Assembly: GCA_030141605.1 (NCBI GenBank)
Contig: JAQGDQ010000536.1
Location: 1-55,839 of the forward strand
Reading direction: 5' to 3'
DNA length: 55,839 bases
Origin: Tubiluchus corallicola
Taxonomy: Eukaryota > Animalia > Priapulida
Part shown: in pieces, positions 1 through 12,342 of the stretch
Position numbering within the stretch: position 1 is the stretch's first letter
Layout of the letters: each line of letters opens with the position of its first letter
Notes under the pieces: model-generated
What the model was told of the DNA's origin: nothing
What the model saw: the letters and a program-made list of their open reading frames with translations, nothing else
The model's database searches: none
Made by a program: the position numbers and the translations under genes

Positions 1-19
1 CAGGATTAGGATTATTTAT

Positions 20-570
20 TTTTTCCTGTGACTTTTTTATTGCGACTTTTTTTCTGCGATTTTTTTCTGTGAATTTTTTATTGTCACTTTTTTCTGTGAT
101 TTTTTCTGTGACTTTTTTATTGTCACTTTTTTCTGTGATTTTTTTGCTGTGAATTTTTTTCTGTTACTTTTCTATCTGTGACTTTTTTCCTGCGACTTTG
201 CTGTGACTTTTTTCAGTGACTTTTTTGTGACTTTTTTACCTGCAGCCTTTTAACTGTGACTTTTTCTGTTACTATTCTACATGTGGATTTTTTTACTGTG
301 ACTTTTTTCTGTTACCTTTCTACCTGTGACTTTTGATGTGACTTTTTCTGTGACTTTTTTACCTGTGAACTTTTCCTGCGACTTTTTCCTGTGACTCTTT
401 TCCTGTGACTTTTTTCTGTGACCTTTTACCTGTGACTTTTTCACTGTGACCTTTTTCTGTTCTTTTTTACCTGTGACTTTTTCTATTCTTTTTTACCTGT
501 GGCTTTTTCTGTGACTTTTTTACCTGCACTTTTTTCTGTGTTTTTTTTACCTGCGATTTTTCACCTGCAT
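20..570. repeat. Minisatellite of ~13-16 bp units (consensus ~CCTGTGACTTTTTT)
   Basis: Dozens of tandem TGTGACTTTTT(T)-type units. The reverse complement (GGAAAAAGTCACAGG) recurs at 26420-26700 and 27155-27450. Confidence 0.9.
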
Positions 571-834
571 TCGTAGTTACACGTAACGAATACAAAAAAC
601 AAAGATAAAGCAATAACCGACGGCCCGAATAGTGTTCATGCTGCCCTGCCGGCCGGAGTGAAAACCACGGCTGTTATAAGTCATTGGTTCGAATCCATAG
701 CGAGCCATAACAAAACTAAGTGATGCAGCGTTCAAAAGCTGGACAGGTGGGGTGAGAGTTCTGTAGACAGGGGGAGATTGTAGTTCAGGCAGTTTTTATT
801 CCAGAGCGTTTTTCACCTTTTTATAATCTAAAAT

Positions 835-1265
835 ACTGCTATAACTATCAATTAAACTGTAAACATAAGTTCATATCAGAAAAAAATAATTCTCTTGGTC
901 AAAAATGTCATGATAATTGTCAATTCAACTGTATATTTCAATTCATATAAAAAATAATTGTGATAGTCAAAAATGTCATGACAATTGTCAGTTTAACTGT
1001 ATACATGAGTTCATATAAAAATAATTGTGAAAGTCAAAAATGTCATGACAATTGTCAGTTTAACTGTATACATCAGTTCATATAAAATAGTTGTGATAGT
1101 CAAAAATGTCATGACAATTGTCAGTTTAACTGTATACATCAGTTCATATAAAATAGTTGTGATAGTCAAAAATGTCATGATAATTGTCAGTTTAACTGTA
1201 TACATCAGTTCACATAAAAAATAACTGTGATAGTCAAAAATGTGATGATAATTGTCAATTAAACT
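835..1265. repeat. 66-bp tandem repeat, ~6 copies
   Basis: Unit TGATAGTCAAAAATGTCATGACAATTGTCAGTTTAACTGTATACATCAGTTCATATAAAATAGTTG starts at 961, 1028, 1094 and 1160. It explains the 22-aa periodic ORFs at 1011-1224. Confidence 0.92.
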
Positions 1266-1266
1266 T

Positions 1267-1331
<65 letters not shown>
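1267..1331. repeat. (TA)n microsatellite
   Basis: Direct reading. Confidence 0.95.
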
Positions 1332-1334
<3 letters not shown>

Positions 1335-1936
1335 TTCATATCAGAAAAAAATTCTGATATTAATATCATCCTACTGCAAATAAACCAAAACGTCACATTA
1401 CTTCTCGAAAAGTTAATCCTGTTTATTTACTTTAAATAATGTTTACTTGAAAAAGAAAACAAATATAAACAGTTTTTCAACTTACTATGTATTCCAGTGA
1501 TTGTGTTTGTCTTGCTTGTGTTTTCAGGTTTACATAAATCACTTTTCGTCGGCCAACCGTCAATGAGGTGGTGCAGACGGTTGCGTTGCATATATACGTG
1601 CTGGCGATGACGTCATCAGATAAATCACAACCCGTGTAGCACTGCAAGGTGCAATGCATTGATTGGTATCGACAGCAACAACAGGGTTGCATCATTTACT
1701 GACAAAACACAAGGGCTTCAAACAAACACGCGGTAGGTTATAAAGGTTGATGCGAATGTCATTCCGGTGGCGCGATGCTTTTAAGCGTTGCGATTTATGC
1801 AAAATTGATACTTCGAATGTTTGATTTATCAGGTTTTTGTATAGTGGTCTTTTGAGTTCTGCAACCTTTTACTCGAATATGTCTGTAGCCATTGTTAAAT
1901 TAAATTGTAGAAGAAAGTTTGCCGTAGTTTAGAGGG

Positions 1937-1939
<3 letters not shown>

Positions 1940-1970
<31 letters not shown>

Positions 1971-2082
1971 TAAGACGGACTATCGAAGAGGAGAGAGGGG
2001 AAGAGATACGAAGAAAGAGAGAAAGAGAAGAGAGAGAGAGCAACTAAAACGGAATATCGAAGAGAAGAGGGGAAGAGAAACG

Positions 2083-2133
<51 letters not shown>

Positions 2134-2167
2134 GGAACATCGAAGAGAAGAGAGGGGAAGAGATACG

Positions 2168-2239
<72 letters not shown>

Positions 2240-2292
2240 ACGGAACGAAGAGAGAGAGAGAGGGGAAGAGATAAAAAGAGAGAGAGGGAACG

Positions 2293-2323
<31 letters not shown>

Positions 2324-2351
2324 GGAAAGAGAGAGAGAGAGAGAAAGAGAT

Positions 2352-2416
<65 letters not shown>

Positions 2417-2531
2417 AACTAAAACGGAATTTCGAAGAGAAGAGGGGAAGAGATACGAAGAAAGAGAGAAAGAGAAGAGAGAGAGAGCAACTAAGACGGA
2501 ACATCGAAGAGAAGAGAGGGGAAGAGATACG

Positions 2532-2586
<55 letters not shown>

Positions 2587-2625
2587 CGAGCGAGAGAGAG
2601 AGAGTGAGAGAGAGAGAGAGAGAAA
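1940..2625. repeat. (GA)n microsatellite with interspersed higher-order units (GACGGAACATCGAAGAGAAGAGGGGAAGAGATACGAAGAAA)
   Basis: Long GA runs broken by a recurring ~40-bp purine-rich unit. Source of the SL-repeat ORFs. Confidence 0.95.
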
Positions 2626-3354
2626 GAGGTGTAATAACACGAGAAGGATGAAGGAAAATTACGTTTAGTCTACTTTTCTTTTCGTTCACAATTATTGACG
2701 CTGCTTAATGGAGAATCAATGCGCATCTTTTATTTAGAACTTTTGCAAGAAGAAAATGCAAACATAATTTCACAAGGCGCCATTATGGAAAATATTGAGT
2801 AGGCCTACAATTATGTGAGATGCTATTGAGTTCGTTAGTCCACAACTGTCACTCAGTCCAAACCTTAAACAAAGCACCCAGAAACTCTGTGAACAAAAAT
2901 CAATTTTAATTTCATTTCAAAAATTATTTTCTCCAATCTCAACAAGCTGCTGTCATTCGCGGGTTCGATGGAGGTTTTCCTCAAGGTTCTCTTCAACTCT
3001 CAACCTTTAAAAAGACGAACTTCTGGTTGAACTAACCAGAAAACTCTCTCAAGTCGCTCCATTCCAACTTCGCCGCAGGTGTTGACGGAGTTTTTTACTA
3101 GCAGCAGGTAACAGTGGCAACTGTTAAATGTTATATGTGCTTCTGTGCATAATTGAACAGCTTGATCAGGAGCCATTTTTTATAATCTTGGAAGACTTAT
3201 GGCTGATTCTAGTTATTGATTTTCACGTAGTTTTCACTTACTGTTTAAATATTTGGTTCACAGGCTTGAAAATGGTCACTCGATTACCTATAAGTTTTCA
3301 TGAGGCCTAGATACATAGATAGATAATTTAGGTCTAAACAAATAGATATCCTTT

Positions 3355-4286
3355 CAGTTTGTAGACTGGTGATGCATAATCAGCTTTTAAAATGGTGATG
3401 CATAATCAGCTTGTAAACTAGTGATGCATAATCAGCTTGTAAAATGGTGATGCACAATCGGCTTGTAAACTAGTGATGCACAATCGGCTTGTAAACTAGT
3501 GATGCACAATCAGCTTGTAAACTAGTGATGCACAATCAGCTTGTAAACTAGTGACGCGTGATCAGCTTGTAAACTAGTGATGCATAATCAGCTTGTAAAC
3601 TAGTGATGCGCAATCAGCTTGTAAACTGGTGATACACAATCAGCTTGTAAAATAGTGACACATGATCAGCTTGTAAACTAGCGATGCATAATCAGCTTGT
3701 AAACTAGTGATGCGCAATCAGCTTGTAAACTACTGATGCACAATCAGTTTGTAAACTAGTGATGCATAATCAGTTTGTAAACTAGTGATGCACAATCAGC
3801 TTGTAAACTAGTGATGCGCAATCAGCTTGTAAACTAGTGATGCACAATCAGTTTATAAACTAGTGATGCATAAACAGCTTGTAAACTAGTGATGCGCAAT
3901 CAGCTTGTAAACTAGTGATGCACAATCAGTTTGTAAACTAGTGACACGTGATCAGCGTGTAAACTAGTGATGCAGAATCAGCTTGTAAACTAGTGATGCG
4001 CAATCAGCTTGTAAACTAGTGATGCACAATCAGTTTGTAAACTAGTGACACGTGACCAGCGTGTAAACTAGTGATGCACAATCAGCTTGTAAACTAGTGA
4101 TGCGCAATAAGCTTGGAAACTAGTGATGCGCAATAAGCTTGGAAACTAGTGATGCGCAATAAGCTTGGAAACTAGTGATGCGCAATAAGCTTGGAAACTA
4201 GTGATGCACAATCAGCTTGTAAACTAGTGATGCACAATCAGCTTGTAAACTAGTGATGCGCAATAAGCTTGGAAACTAGTGATGTG
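3355..4286. repeat. 26-bp tandem satellite, ~35 copies (CAGCTTGTAAACTAGTGATGCACAAT)
   Basis: Head-to-tail units with no spacers, containing variant sub-blocks. Confidence 0.95.
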
Positions 4287-4634
4287 TGGTAATAATTCTT
4301 GTGTTTGTGTGGCAATAATTCTTTCACGCAAGTCATTTTTGAAAAAAATAGTATGTTTCTTTTCAATATTTTAAATAGTAGATTGTTTTGACCTACAGTT
4401 GAAGATTGGGTTCGGTTTTGCTTTAACTGCGCCCCAAAAAACATTTCATACTAAGTTACATTACTTTGCTTCACGAAACTAGAGAGGAAAATTCCTACTA
4501 ATTAAGGGGTCTGCTTCAACTGGAAAAAAAACGTCACTGACACATCTTCCCAGTGTGCATCACTGATTCACAAAAATATATTATTGATGTTATTGACAAG
4601 ATAAAGTAATTCATACTTCTACTTAGTGAAACGT

Positions 4635-4950
4635 GCTGTGCTGTGCTATGCTATGCCATGCCATGCCATGCCATGCCATGCCATGCCATGCCATATTGTT
4701 TTGTATTGTATTGTATTATATTATATTATATTATATTATATTATATTATATTATATTATATTATATTATATTATATTATATTATATTATATTATATTATA
4801 TTATATTATATTATATTATATTATATTATATATATATTATAATATATATAATATAATATAATATAATATAATATAATATAATATAATATAATATTATATT
4901 ATATTATATTATATTATATTATATTATATTATATTATATTATATTTTATA
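4635..4950. repeat. Compound pentanucleotide microsatellite (CATGC)n then (TATTA)n/(TAATA)n
   Basis: Direct reading. Confidence 0.93.
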
Positions 4951-6359
4951 TTACGAATGCGCTACGAATGCTCTGATTATTTTTCAAGCTTTACGCAAAG
5001 TGATCTAATCTTGTTTCAAACGATTTGCCCTAAAGATGGCTGCGTCAATGGAGGGAAGTTTTATTTCAAATCCTAAGTTTGGATAACTTGGGGACCACAG
5101 CATTGGACGTAGCTGTCTAATTATTTACTACATTGGATATATAAATAGAACGTTCGCCCTAATCATCTTGCGTCTGTGTAAATCAGGTTGCCATCTATAC
5201 TAATTAATGGAGATAAACTGCAGGTATTGGCTTTGTTTGCGTAAAACCGATTTGTTATCACGCTTATGCGTTGTTCAGCTGTTGGCTATCCGAATGCGTC
5301 GTATTTATTTTGCAACTTCGCCGTTGATACCGTGATTAAGTTGTTAATAATTCACAAGCAGGTCTGAGGAAGGAAATGGTAGGAGATTTGCGGGGTTGCA
5401 AGGGTCTGTGATGCAAACAGCAGCCTCACACGCACATTAATAATAATCTTTTAGAGTTTTATTGTGCGCACGCGCAGTTGTTGTAGGTCAAAGGTTAAGT
5501 GTACCCAGCAAGGCATCTTAACTACAACCGTAACGAGACATGTTGGCAAAGCAAAGTCGTCTGCCGCATCAGTTCAGTAACTTCAGTTGTTTTGCGTGGA
5601 CTTTACTTAATTATGCATTAGTCTGTGCATAGAGTGATCTACTAGCAGGAACTTGCTTGGGAACAAGAGAAAATCAACTAGGTAAGGTTCTAGCTAACTG
5701 TCTTAAAAGACTGTTAGTGGTATAATAGCTTGCGCTGCGAGGCGTTGTCAAGTGTACACAAATGTGTTGTCTGATACACTTAACCGTTTATCTTTTCACG
5801 ATCACCATCAATCGATGGAACTGTCAATAGGCTTATTGTGCCGGGTCCACAACAGTAAAGATCGCTGAGGCCAGATTTTGACTGTTGTAATTAAGCATCA
5901 ACAGGCCTGGTGAGTAAATGAATAGGTGATGTACGAAAAACTGCACCTGCGTGGTTTGTCTGTCATGCTTCCCGACTATTTCTCTTGCTGGGGAATAAAC
6001 TCAACGTTGAAGGCACTCCTGTTGATCCAGCGTCTCATTTCAGAGTAGGTGGGCTACAGTTCTGCTACGGCCATCCTCAAAAAGGCAGCATTGGGTTGAG
6101 TGCTGATTCTAGACTTAAATGAGTGCAGAATTGTATGAACGTTTGGTTCCTGCAGTTAAATTTATTTCTACACCAACACGACTGAACAAAATAGCTTGGC
6201 TTACATACAGTAATAAGATGTGATGATGATCAGTCTTTTATTTTAAGATATATGTTTACATAAATGGGCCTCTGACTGTAGTTAAAGTTGAAACTAATTA
6301 TAAGTACACATAAATAAGTTTATTTGATAAAGACAAGTGACGTAATGACATAATACAGT

Positions 6360-6820
6360 ACACTGCAATGCGCTTCAATGCACTGCAATGCAATGCAAAA
6401 CATTGCAACTTCTCGCTTGGGAACAAGAAAAAATGAACTTGGTAAGGTTCTAGCTAGCTGTTAAAACTGTTAGTATTATAGTAGTTTGGGCTGCGAAGCG
6501 TTGTCAAATGTAATACAATGCAATACAAAACATTGCAATGCAATACAAAACATTGCAATGCAATACAATACATTACAATACAACACAACACAACATAACT
6601 CAATGCAGTATACTACAATAGAGTACAACACAATATACTAGGACAATAAACCTAAATGATTGGTTTAGCATCATCATACAATAACATTTTACATAAGTAT
6701 ACTACATATAAAAAAGAATACGTTCGTAAAGAAATAACCACACACACGCACGCACGCACGCACGCACACACACACATATATGTGTTGTATATATATATAT
6801 ATATATAAAACCACATAAAA

Positions 6821-6886
<66 letters not shown>

Positions 6887-6890
6887 CAAT
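6360..6890. repeat. Degenerate (CAATG/CAATA)n, (CA/CACG)n and (TA)n simple repeats
   Basis: Direct reading. Confidence 0.85.
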
Positions 6891-7339
6891 AATAGGTTGA
6901 TACATTATTTATGTTAATGATACAATGTTAAATATATGCTTATTACTATTGTAATGTATAAGTTATATAATAATAATTGTGATTAAAACATAAGTATAAG
7001 AAAAATAGTTACCGGGGGTAAAGAAATTTATATACCTTACGTGTGTGAAGATACTGTGTCTTTGTTTAAAGTACTTTCGTGTCTTAATGCACTGTGTAGT
7101 AGTAACTCGTTACTTTGCGGGTCAACAAGTGGCATTTAATAAATAAATTTAATTAGACCATTTTGCTAATGTTCATTGTTGTGTTATTAAACTGTTATGT
7201 TGAATTAAGACATTAAATTGGTTTAGTTGTGTTTTGCAAACTTAGGTACTTTTGGCAAGAAAGCGTGACTAATCAAACATACTTTAATAAAGTGTATAAT
7301 ACTGTTACAGGGGGTTTCATTCGCAGCTTTTGACTATTG

Positions 7340-7680
7340 TGTGCTGCACTCTATGCGCAACGCTACAAGTTAGATCTTTCAAAATTTTAACAGGATTGCG
7401 TGTTTAGTTAATTTACCGCATCACAGAGGTGACAGAGCGTCACAAAGCTCGACAATATGTTCTTTCACTCAATATTGGCAATTTTTGTTTTAATAATGAC
7501 GTCACGTTTTCTTTTTTATAGCCGAAATTCTGTGATCTGTAAAAGAAAACGAAAAGAATTCAGAAGAACACATTACATTTCATTACAAATTATCTAAATA
7601 TGCGCCCAGCTTGCGTTTTTCACGCCTGTAAATTTAGGTTTAGTATTCACAATAACTATAAGATTATTGGTGAGGTGAAG
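7340..7680 (+). repeat. Dispersed repeat, copy 1 (copy 2 at ~14725-15060)
   Basis: Shared collinear blocks TGTGCTGC...GATCTTTCAAAATTTTAAC..GGATT.CGTGTTT.GTTAATTTAC...ACAAAGCTC.ACAATA...GATCTGTAAAAGAA. Confidence 0.75.
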
Positions 7681-7959
7681 TGAGATTAGGGGGGGGGGCG
7701 TTTGGGCTCGTAGATGGTGATTGTTATGTGCTGCCCTCTACAGTCAGCCTTTAGAATTTTTCGATTTTATTTATTTATTTGGAAAAACAAATATACAATA
7801 CATAGAAACAACGAGAAAAAATACACAGTTAATATTGTTACGGGTGCTAAATGCCATTTGTTTTCCACCCACCCCTCTACAATGTGATGGTCCCATCCAA
7901 ACGAAGGCATTGCATAGTGGCGTTTAATACCAGGTATAAAACCGTCGCTATGGAATTGG

Positions 7960-8095
7960 CTCGTCGTTTCAGTGGGTGAACGGTCGGGTGCGTTTTCCAC
8001 TTCAGCACCTGTCCCGTAATCGCAAACAAGATTTCAGCAATTCAGTATCGAACCCTGAACCTCTTGGCCGCAGTCTTTACGACATTTAATGATTT
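7960..8095 (-). mobile_element. Possible tRNA-derived SINE head
   Basis: Minus strand reads GACTGCGGCCAAGAGGTTCAGGGTTCGATACT, a Pol III B-box-like GGTTCGA. No full cloverleaf. Confidence 0.3.
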
Positions 8096-8159
8096 GATAT
8101 GATAACATGCATAACTAGAAGTGAAAACTAGTGAAGCGTTTGTGTCACTATGAGCAGAT

Positions 8160-8575
8160 CGAATAAATGAGGATTTTAGTAAAAGGAAACAAAGTTATGC
8201 AAAAGAAGGATAGAAGTTGTAAAGAAAGAGCGGAAATGTGAAGAAAAAAAATATAATGAAAGAAATTCCTTGGAGTTGAAAAGTCAAGATCCGAAGATTA
8301 AGATGGGTAGGACATCTTCTAAGATTACCAAACGAAGCACCAGTAAGAATCGCCTTAAAGGAAGCCTTAAAATCTTCCAAAAAACCACCTGGTAAACCTA
8401 AAATAACGTGGATAGCTAAGATAAATAAAGATGTTCAACAACTTCAACCAAATCTATCTTTAGGAGGAGAAGAACTTACGCTGTTAGCTGCACATAGAAG
8501 TGGGTGGAATACTCTAATAAATGTTGATTCCACAATGCCTACAACAAGAGGAATGAGATTTTGAAGGAAGAAGGA
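8160..8575 (+). mobile_element. RTE-type LINE 3' fragment, copy 1
   Basis: Encodes RRLRWVGHLLRLPNEAPVRIALKEALKSSKKPPGKPKITW, typical of the post-RT C-terminus of RTE-like LINEs. Ends in a GAA-type tail and closely resembles 11890-12342. Confidence 0.75.
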
Positions 8576-10754
8576 GACGAGTAGTATGATCTGGAATTGA
8601 GAACTCTGTTGGCCAATGAAGTGCGGCGACACAAACAGCACTTTATTTACGCTGTTGCTATAGGTACCTGTGCCCTTCCTTGGTGTGATTCTGATGAAAC
8701 AGGATGAAACATAATTTTGATAAATTTTGACGAATTTTTTGGTGTCAAAAAGTGCATCAGGGGATTTTACGTATCAGGGGATTCATGGGGATCTTAGTTG
8801 GCTTCATACGTTTAAAGCAATGATTGTAACTATCACCTATATTATTACAGCTGTGCAGTGATTTTAGACCTCTGTTCTAGAGTCTGCTAGCTGAAAAAAA
8901 TGGGGCAAAACGTCAAACACAGACTTAAAAACTCTCAATTTCAATTTCTCAGTAAGAGTATTTCACAAAATTAATGCCGTTGGTTTGTTAGCTGCAGCTA
9001 AAATTGGAAAGGCATTTGTGAGTGACTTGTGAAACACCCATTATTAGATGCGGTAAGGTAATGCATTAAAACCAAGTATTCGTAAGGAATCATATACGAT
9101 AGTTACGATGATGACGATGATTCAGTGTTGAAGTAGTCATACAATTTCATGATATTTATTTATTTATTTGTGTCAAAAATACATGCAAGACTTACGTACA
9201 ATATCAATTTTGAACAATACAAAAAAACAAGACATATATACAATTTCAATTTTGAAATATAGTGACACTATATACAAACAAAACAATTACTAATAAAAGA
9301 AATATTGTTAAATCTTCCAGTTAGTTATATTAGTTATTTAATGAAAAGTTTAATGATTAGTATTTAAAATGAAATAAATTAGGCCTCATTTTCAATGACA
9401 TGATCATTACCTATTACATTGTTCATCATGTCTTAAAAACGCTTTTTTCAACAATAATTAACAAATACCTTAATTACTTCTAAATCATTACTTCCCATTT
9501 ATGATAAATATTTAAATTACTACTTGCCCCATTATTGGACCTATATTATGTAACTGTAAGTTATGTGCAGCATATTTAGCTGTGATTATAGCTGCTGTTC
9601 AGACAAGTTCACAGTCATAAAAAACTTTTTCATCTTCATAAATATTTAATTTTTTCCTTTTTAATGCTTTCATGTATTTCTGCACAGTAACCTAAATTTA
9701 TACTGATGAATCGTTGTAAAGTTTTTGAGAACATATAAGTATATCTAATCAACCTGCTATTATAATTGTTATTGAACCACTCATTCACTCACTCAGATAT
9801 TTATAAAATACATTGATTAACTGAGTGGTTTACTAGATGATGGAATGAATGACTTACTGACCTGATGATAGACTAGACTTGTCATTGAAAATGGCTTTGC
9901 TGGCAACTGACATGGTGACTGACTCACTAATCTATTAAATGTCTTTAGTGTTTAGCTCTCGTACTTTGTCGAATGACTGACTGACTGAATGACAGAATAA
10001 CAATTCGGTCTGAGCCTGATTAAGTTACGGGTCTGTCTAACTGACTGACCGACTAAGTGACTGACACACTGACTAACTGACCGCTCAATTTCGGTGTTCA
10101 ACAGTAAAACTAACGCAGTCTTGGGAAACACACAAAGTAACACAAAGTATTGAGAAATGCTCAAAAACTTTCCTGGTATGTCTAGTATGGTGTCTGCATC
10201 TTGATACAGCTAATCAATTCTTTCTAGTTCTTTTCTTAACTTAGCTGCCGCCACACTGCATTATATCACAATCTACAATGTCACCGTTTTTTCTGACAGT
10301 TATGGCTTTTGTGCATTTAGTTGTTCAATAAGCTGGCAACAAATTGAATCGAAAGTTGCACTGTTGTTGCCCTTTGCAACCCTAAACCTGAAAATAAAAT
10401 GTAACTCCCTCTTGCATAATCAGCAAAATGGTAAGTGGAGTTCTTCTCATGCTAAATAACATTATCGAAAAACATTGAACATGTATGTTTGATTGAGTAT
10501 GTGTTAGGCAGAATAGACGGCCCAATATTGCATGAGCATAAAGCATTCCAAAGGTTGTAAAATAAATATGTTTACACTAAACACAAAGCATTGCCACACT
10601 TTCGTTCTGTTAATAATAGCCAGCCTTGATAAAGGAAAGCACACATCTCATAATGGATTCATTAGACGCACACACCAACGCTTGCAAAACATGTAACATT
10701 AACTAAACAAACGCTGCATTTTCAACATCACACGTACAGTAATTTCTAAATCCC

Positions 10755-11735
10755 ATGGTTTGGGTGCTGCGAAAAACGGAAGTTGGAGTCACCGAAATGA
10801 ATACGACTTTTAGCTACAACAACACTGCGAATCCCAGTAATTTCCAACTCGTTGTTGATGTTTTTTCAGTGATTTTAGGTGTAGCGATCGTCATAGCCAA
10901 TGGCATCGTTATTGCAGTGATTACGAAGACGCCATGCTTACACAAACCGTTATATTACACGCTGGGTAATTTATCTGTAGCTGATTTGCTGTCAGGAATT
11001 TGCCTCATCGTACAAACCATTGTCTTCAACGTCGCCAGTCTGACACAGCAAAATGTCACATTATGCACGTTTCTGTACGTAGTACCTCAAGTTTCTGTGG
11101 GTAATTCGATAATCTGCTATTTCTTGACCACGGCCGAACGATTTGTTAGCATCGTGTATCCTCTTCGCTACCATATTTGGCTGTCTGATCGACGTGTGAA
11201 AAAGATTCTCACCTGTGCTTGGATTTCACAAATTTTCAATTACATCATTTTCTCAATACTGTACTACGTCAGTGGGCAAATTCTGTACAAATGTATTCCA
11301 GCACCTCACGGACTATACGCAACGATACTGTTTTACAGCCTAGTGGTGTCGACACCATGTATGTCAGCATTTTTCTTCTACATGTACATCGTTATTCTAA
11401 AAACTGCTATAAAACAAGCACGTGAAATAAGCAACTGCATGCTAGCCACAGCGAGCAATTCCAACATAACAATGCGAATGACTTCATTTCAAGCAAAACT
11501 CAAACCTCTAAAAACTGTAACAATTATACTAGTTCTGTATTCCATATGCTATACGCCAAGTCTGGTGCCACTTCTGATGTTAAACATTAGAGGTGAAATC
11601 AACATGGTTAACGCAAGCAATTATTACTGGTATTTTCTGCCAGCGTATGTCAATTCATTGGCCAATGTGTTTTTTTACGTAGCAAAATTAGACGAGTTCA
11701 GAAACGAAATAAAAAAGATGGTTACATTTCATTAA
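10755..11735 (+). CDS. Class A (rhodopsin-family) orphan GPCR, single coding exon, OR-like/adenosine-receptor-like lineage
   Basis: 326-aa ORF (alternative start M at 10797) with N-terminal N-glycosylation sequons (NTT, NNT) and seven hydrophobic segments. Motifs: TM1 N, LHKPLYYTLGNLSVADL, TAERFVSIVYPLRY, TM4 W, ICYTP, NSLANVFFY, helix 8 EFRNEIKK. Confidence 0.93.
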   Translation: MVWVLRKTEVGVTEMNTTFSYNNTANPSNFQLVVDVFSVILGVAIVIANGIVIAVITKTPCLHKPLYYTLGNLSVADLLSGICLIVQTIVFNVASLTQQNVTLCTFLYVVPQVSVGNSIICYFLTTAERFVSIVYPLRYHIWLSDRRVKKILTCAWISQIFNYIIFSILYYVSGQILYKCIPAPHGLYATILFYSLVVSTPCMSAFFFYMYIVILKTAIKQAREISNCMLATASNSNITMRMTSFQAKLKPLKTVTIILVLYSICYTPSLVPLLMLNIRGEINMVNASNYYWYFLPAYVNSLANVFFYVAKLDEFRNEIKKMVTFH

Positions 11736-11889
11736 CAAATCAGTTAACCTTGTTCACATAAAAAATTTGAATGATTGATGTTGTAAATTTGCAGGCTGCT
11801 TTTATGTGAACAGAGACGAAAACGTGATAAATACCGCTACGCTAGCGTATTAGTGCATCACAAACGTACCTGCTGATAAACAAAACCTG

Positions 11890-12342
11890 ATTGTTTCTGC
11901 GAATCTTGGGGTTTAACGATTACTCAAGAAAAGCAGATTGACACATTTCATAGAAATCTTCTAAAGAAAGTTTCAAGGATATGACGGCTGTACTTAATCA
12001 GAAATGAAGATTTATACATCAGAACAAAAGAATTCTAATTGAGTTCAAAAGGCAAGATTCGAAGATTAAGATGGCTAGGACATCTTCTTAGATTACCAAA
12101 TGAAGCACCAGTGAGAATCGCCTTGAAGGAAGCCTTAAAATCTTCCAAAAAACCACCTGGTAAACGTAAAACAACTTGGATAGTTAAGATAAATAAAGAT
12201 GTTCAACAACTTCAACCAAATCTATCTTTAGGAGTAGAAGAAGTTACGCTGTAAGCTGCAGATAGAAGTGGGTGGAATGTTCTAATAAATGTTGATTCCT
12301 CAATGCCTACAATAGGTGGAATGAGATTTCGAAGAAGAAGAA
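11890..12342 (+). mobile_element. RTE-type LINE 3' fragment, copy 2
   Basis: ORF 12039-12254 RRLRWLGHLLRLPNEAP...PPGKRKTTW, ending in GAAGAAGAAGAA. Confidence 0.78.

Noticed and set aside
640-715. GGTTCGAATCC B-box at 686-696 suggesting a tRNA gene
   Set aside because: No acceptor stem or cloverleaf can be built; at most a SINE remnant.
1011-1224. Periodic ORFs on both strands
   Set aside because: By-product of the 66-bp tandem repeat.
1600-1620. Perfect CRE palindrome GATGACGTCATC
   Set aside because: TGACGTCA occurs several times in the window, some inside dispersed repeats, and no linked gene start is evident.
1970-2689. Ser/Leu-rich ORFs up to 239 aa
   Set aside because: Translation of the (GA)n microsatellite.
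3355-4286. CRISPR-like regular repeat
   Set aside because: No unique spacers, no cas genes, eukaryotic context.
8685-8720. CTGATGA...GAAA hammerhead-ribozyme-like core
   Set aside because: Stem II and the flanking stems do not pair convincingly.
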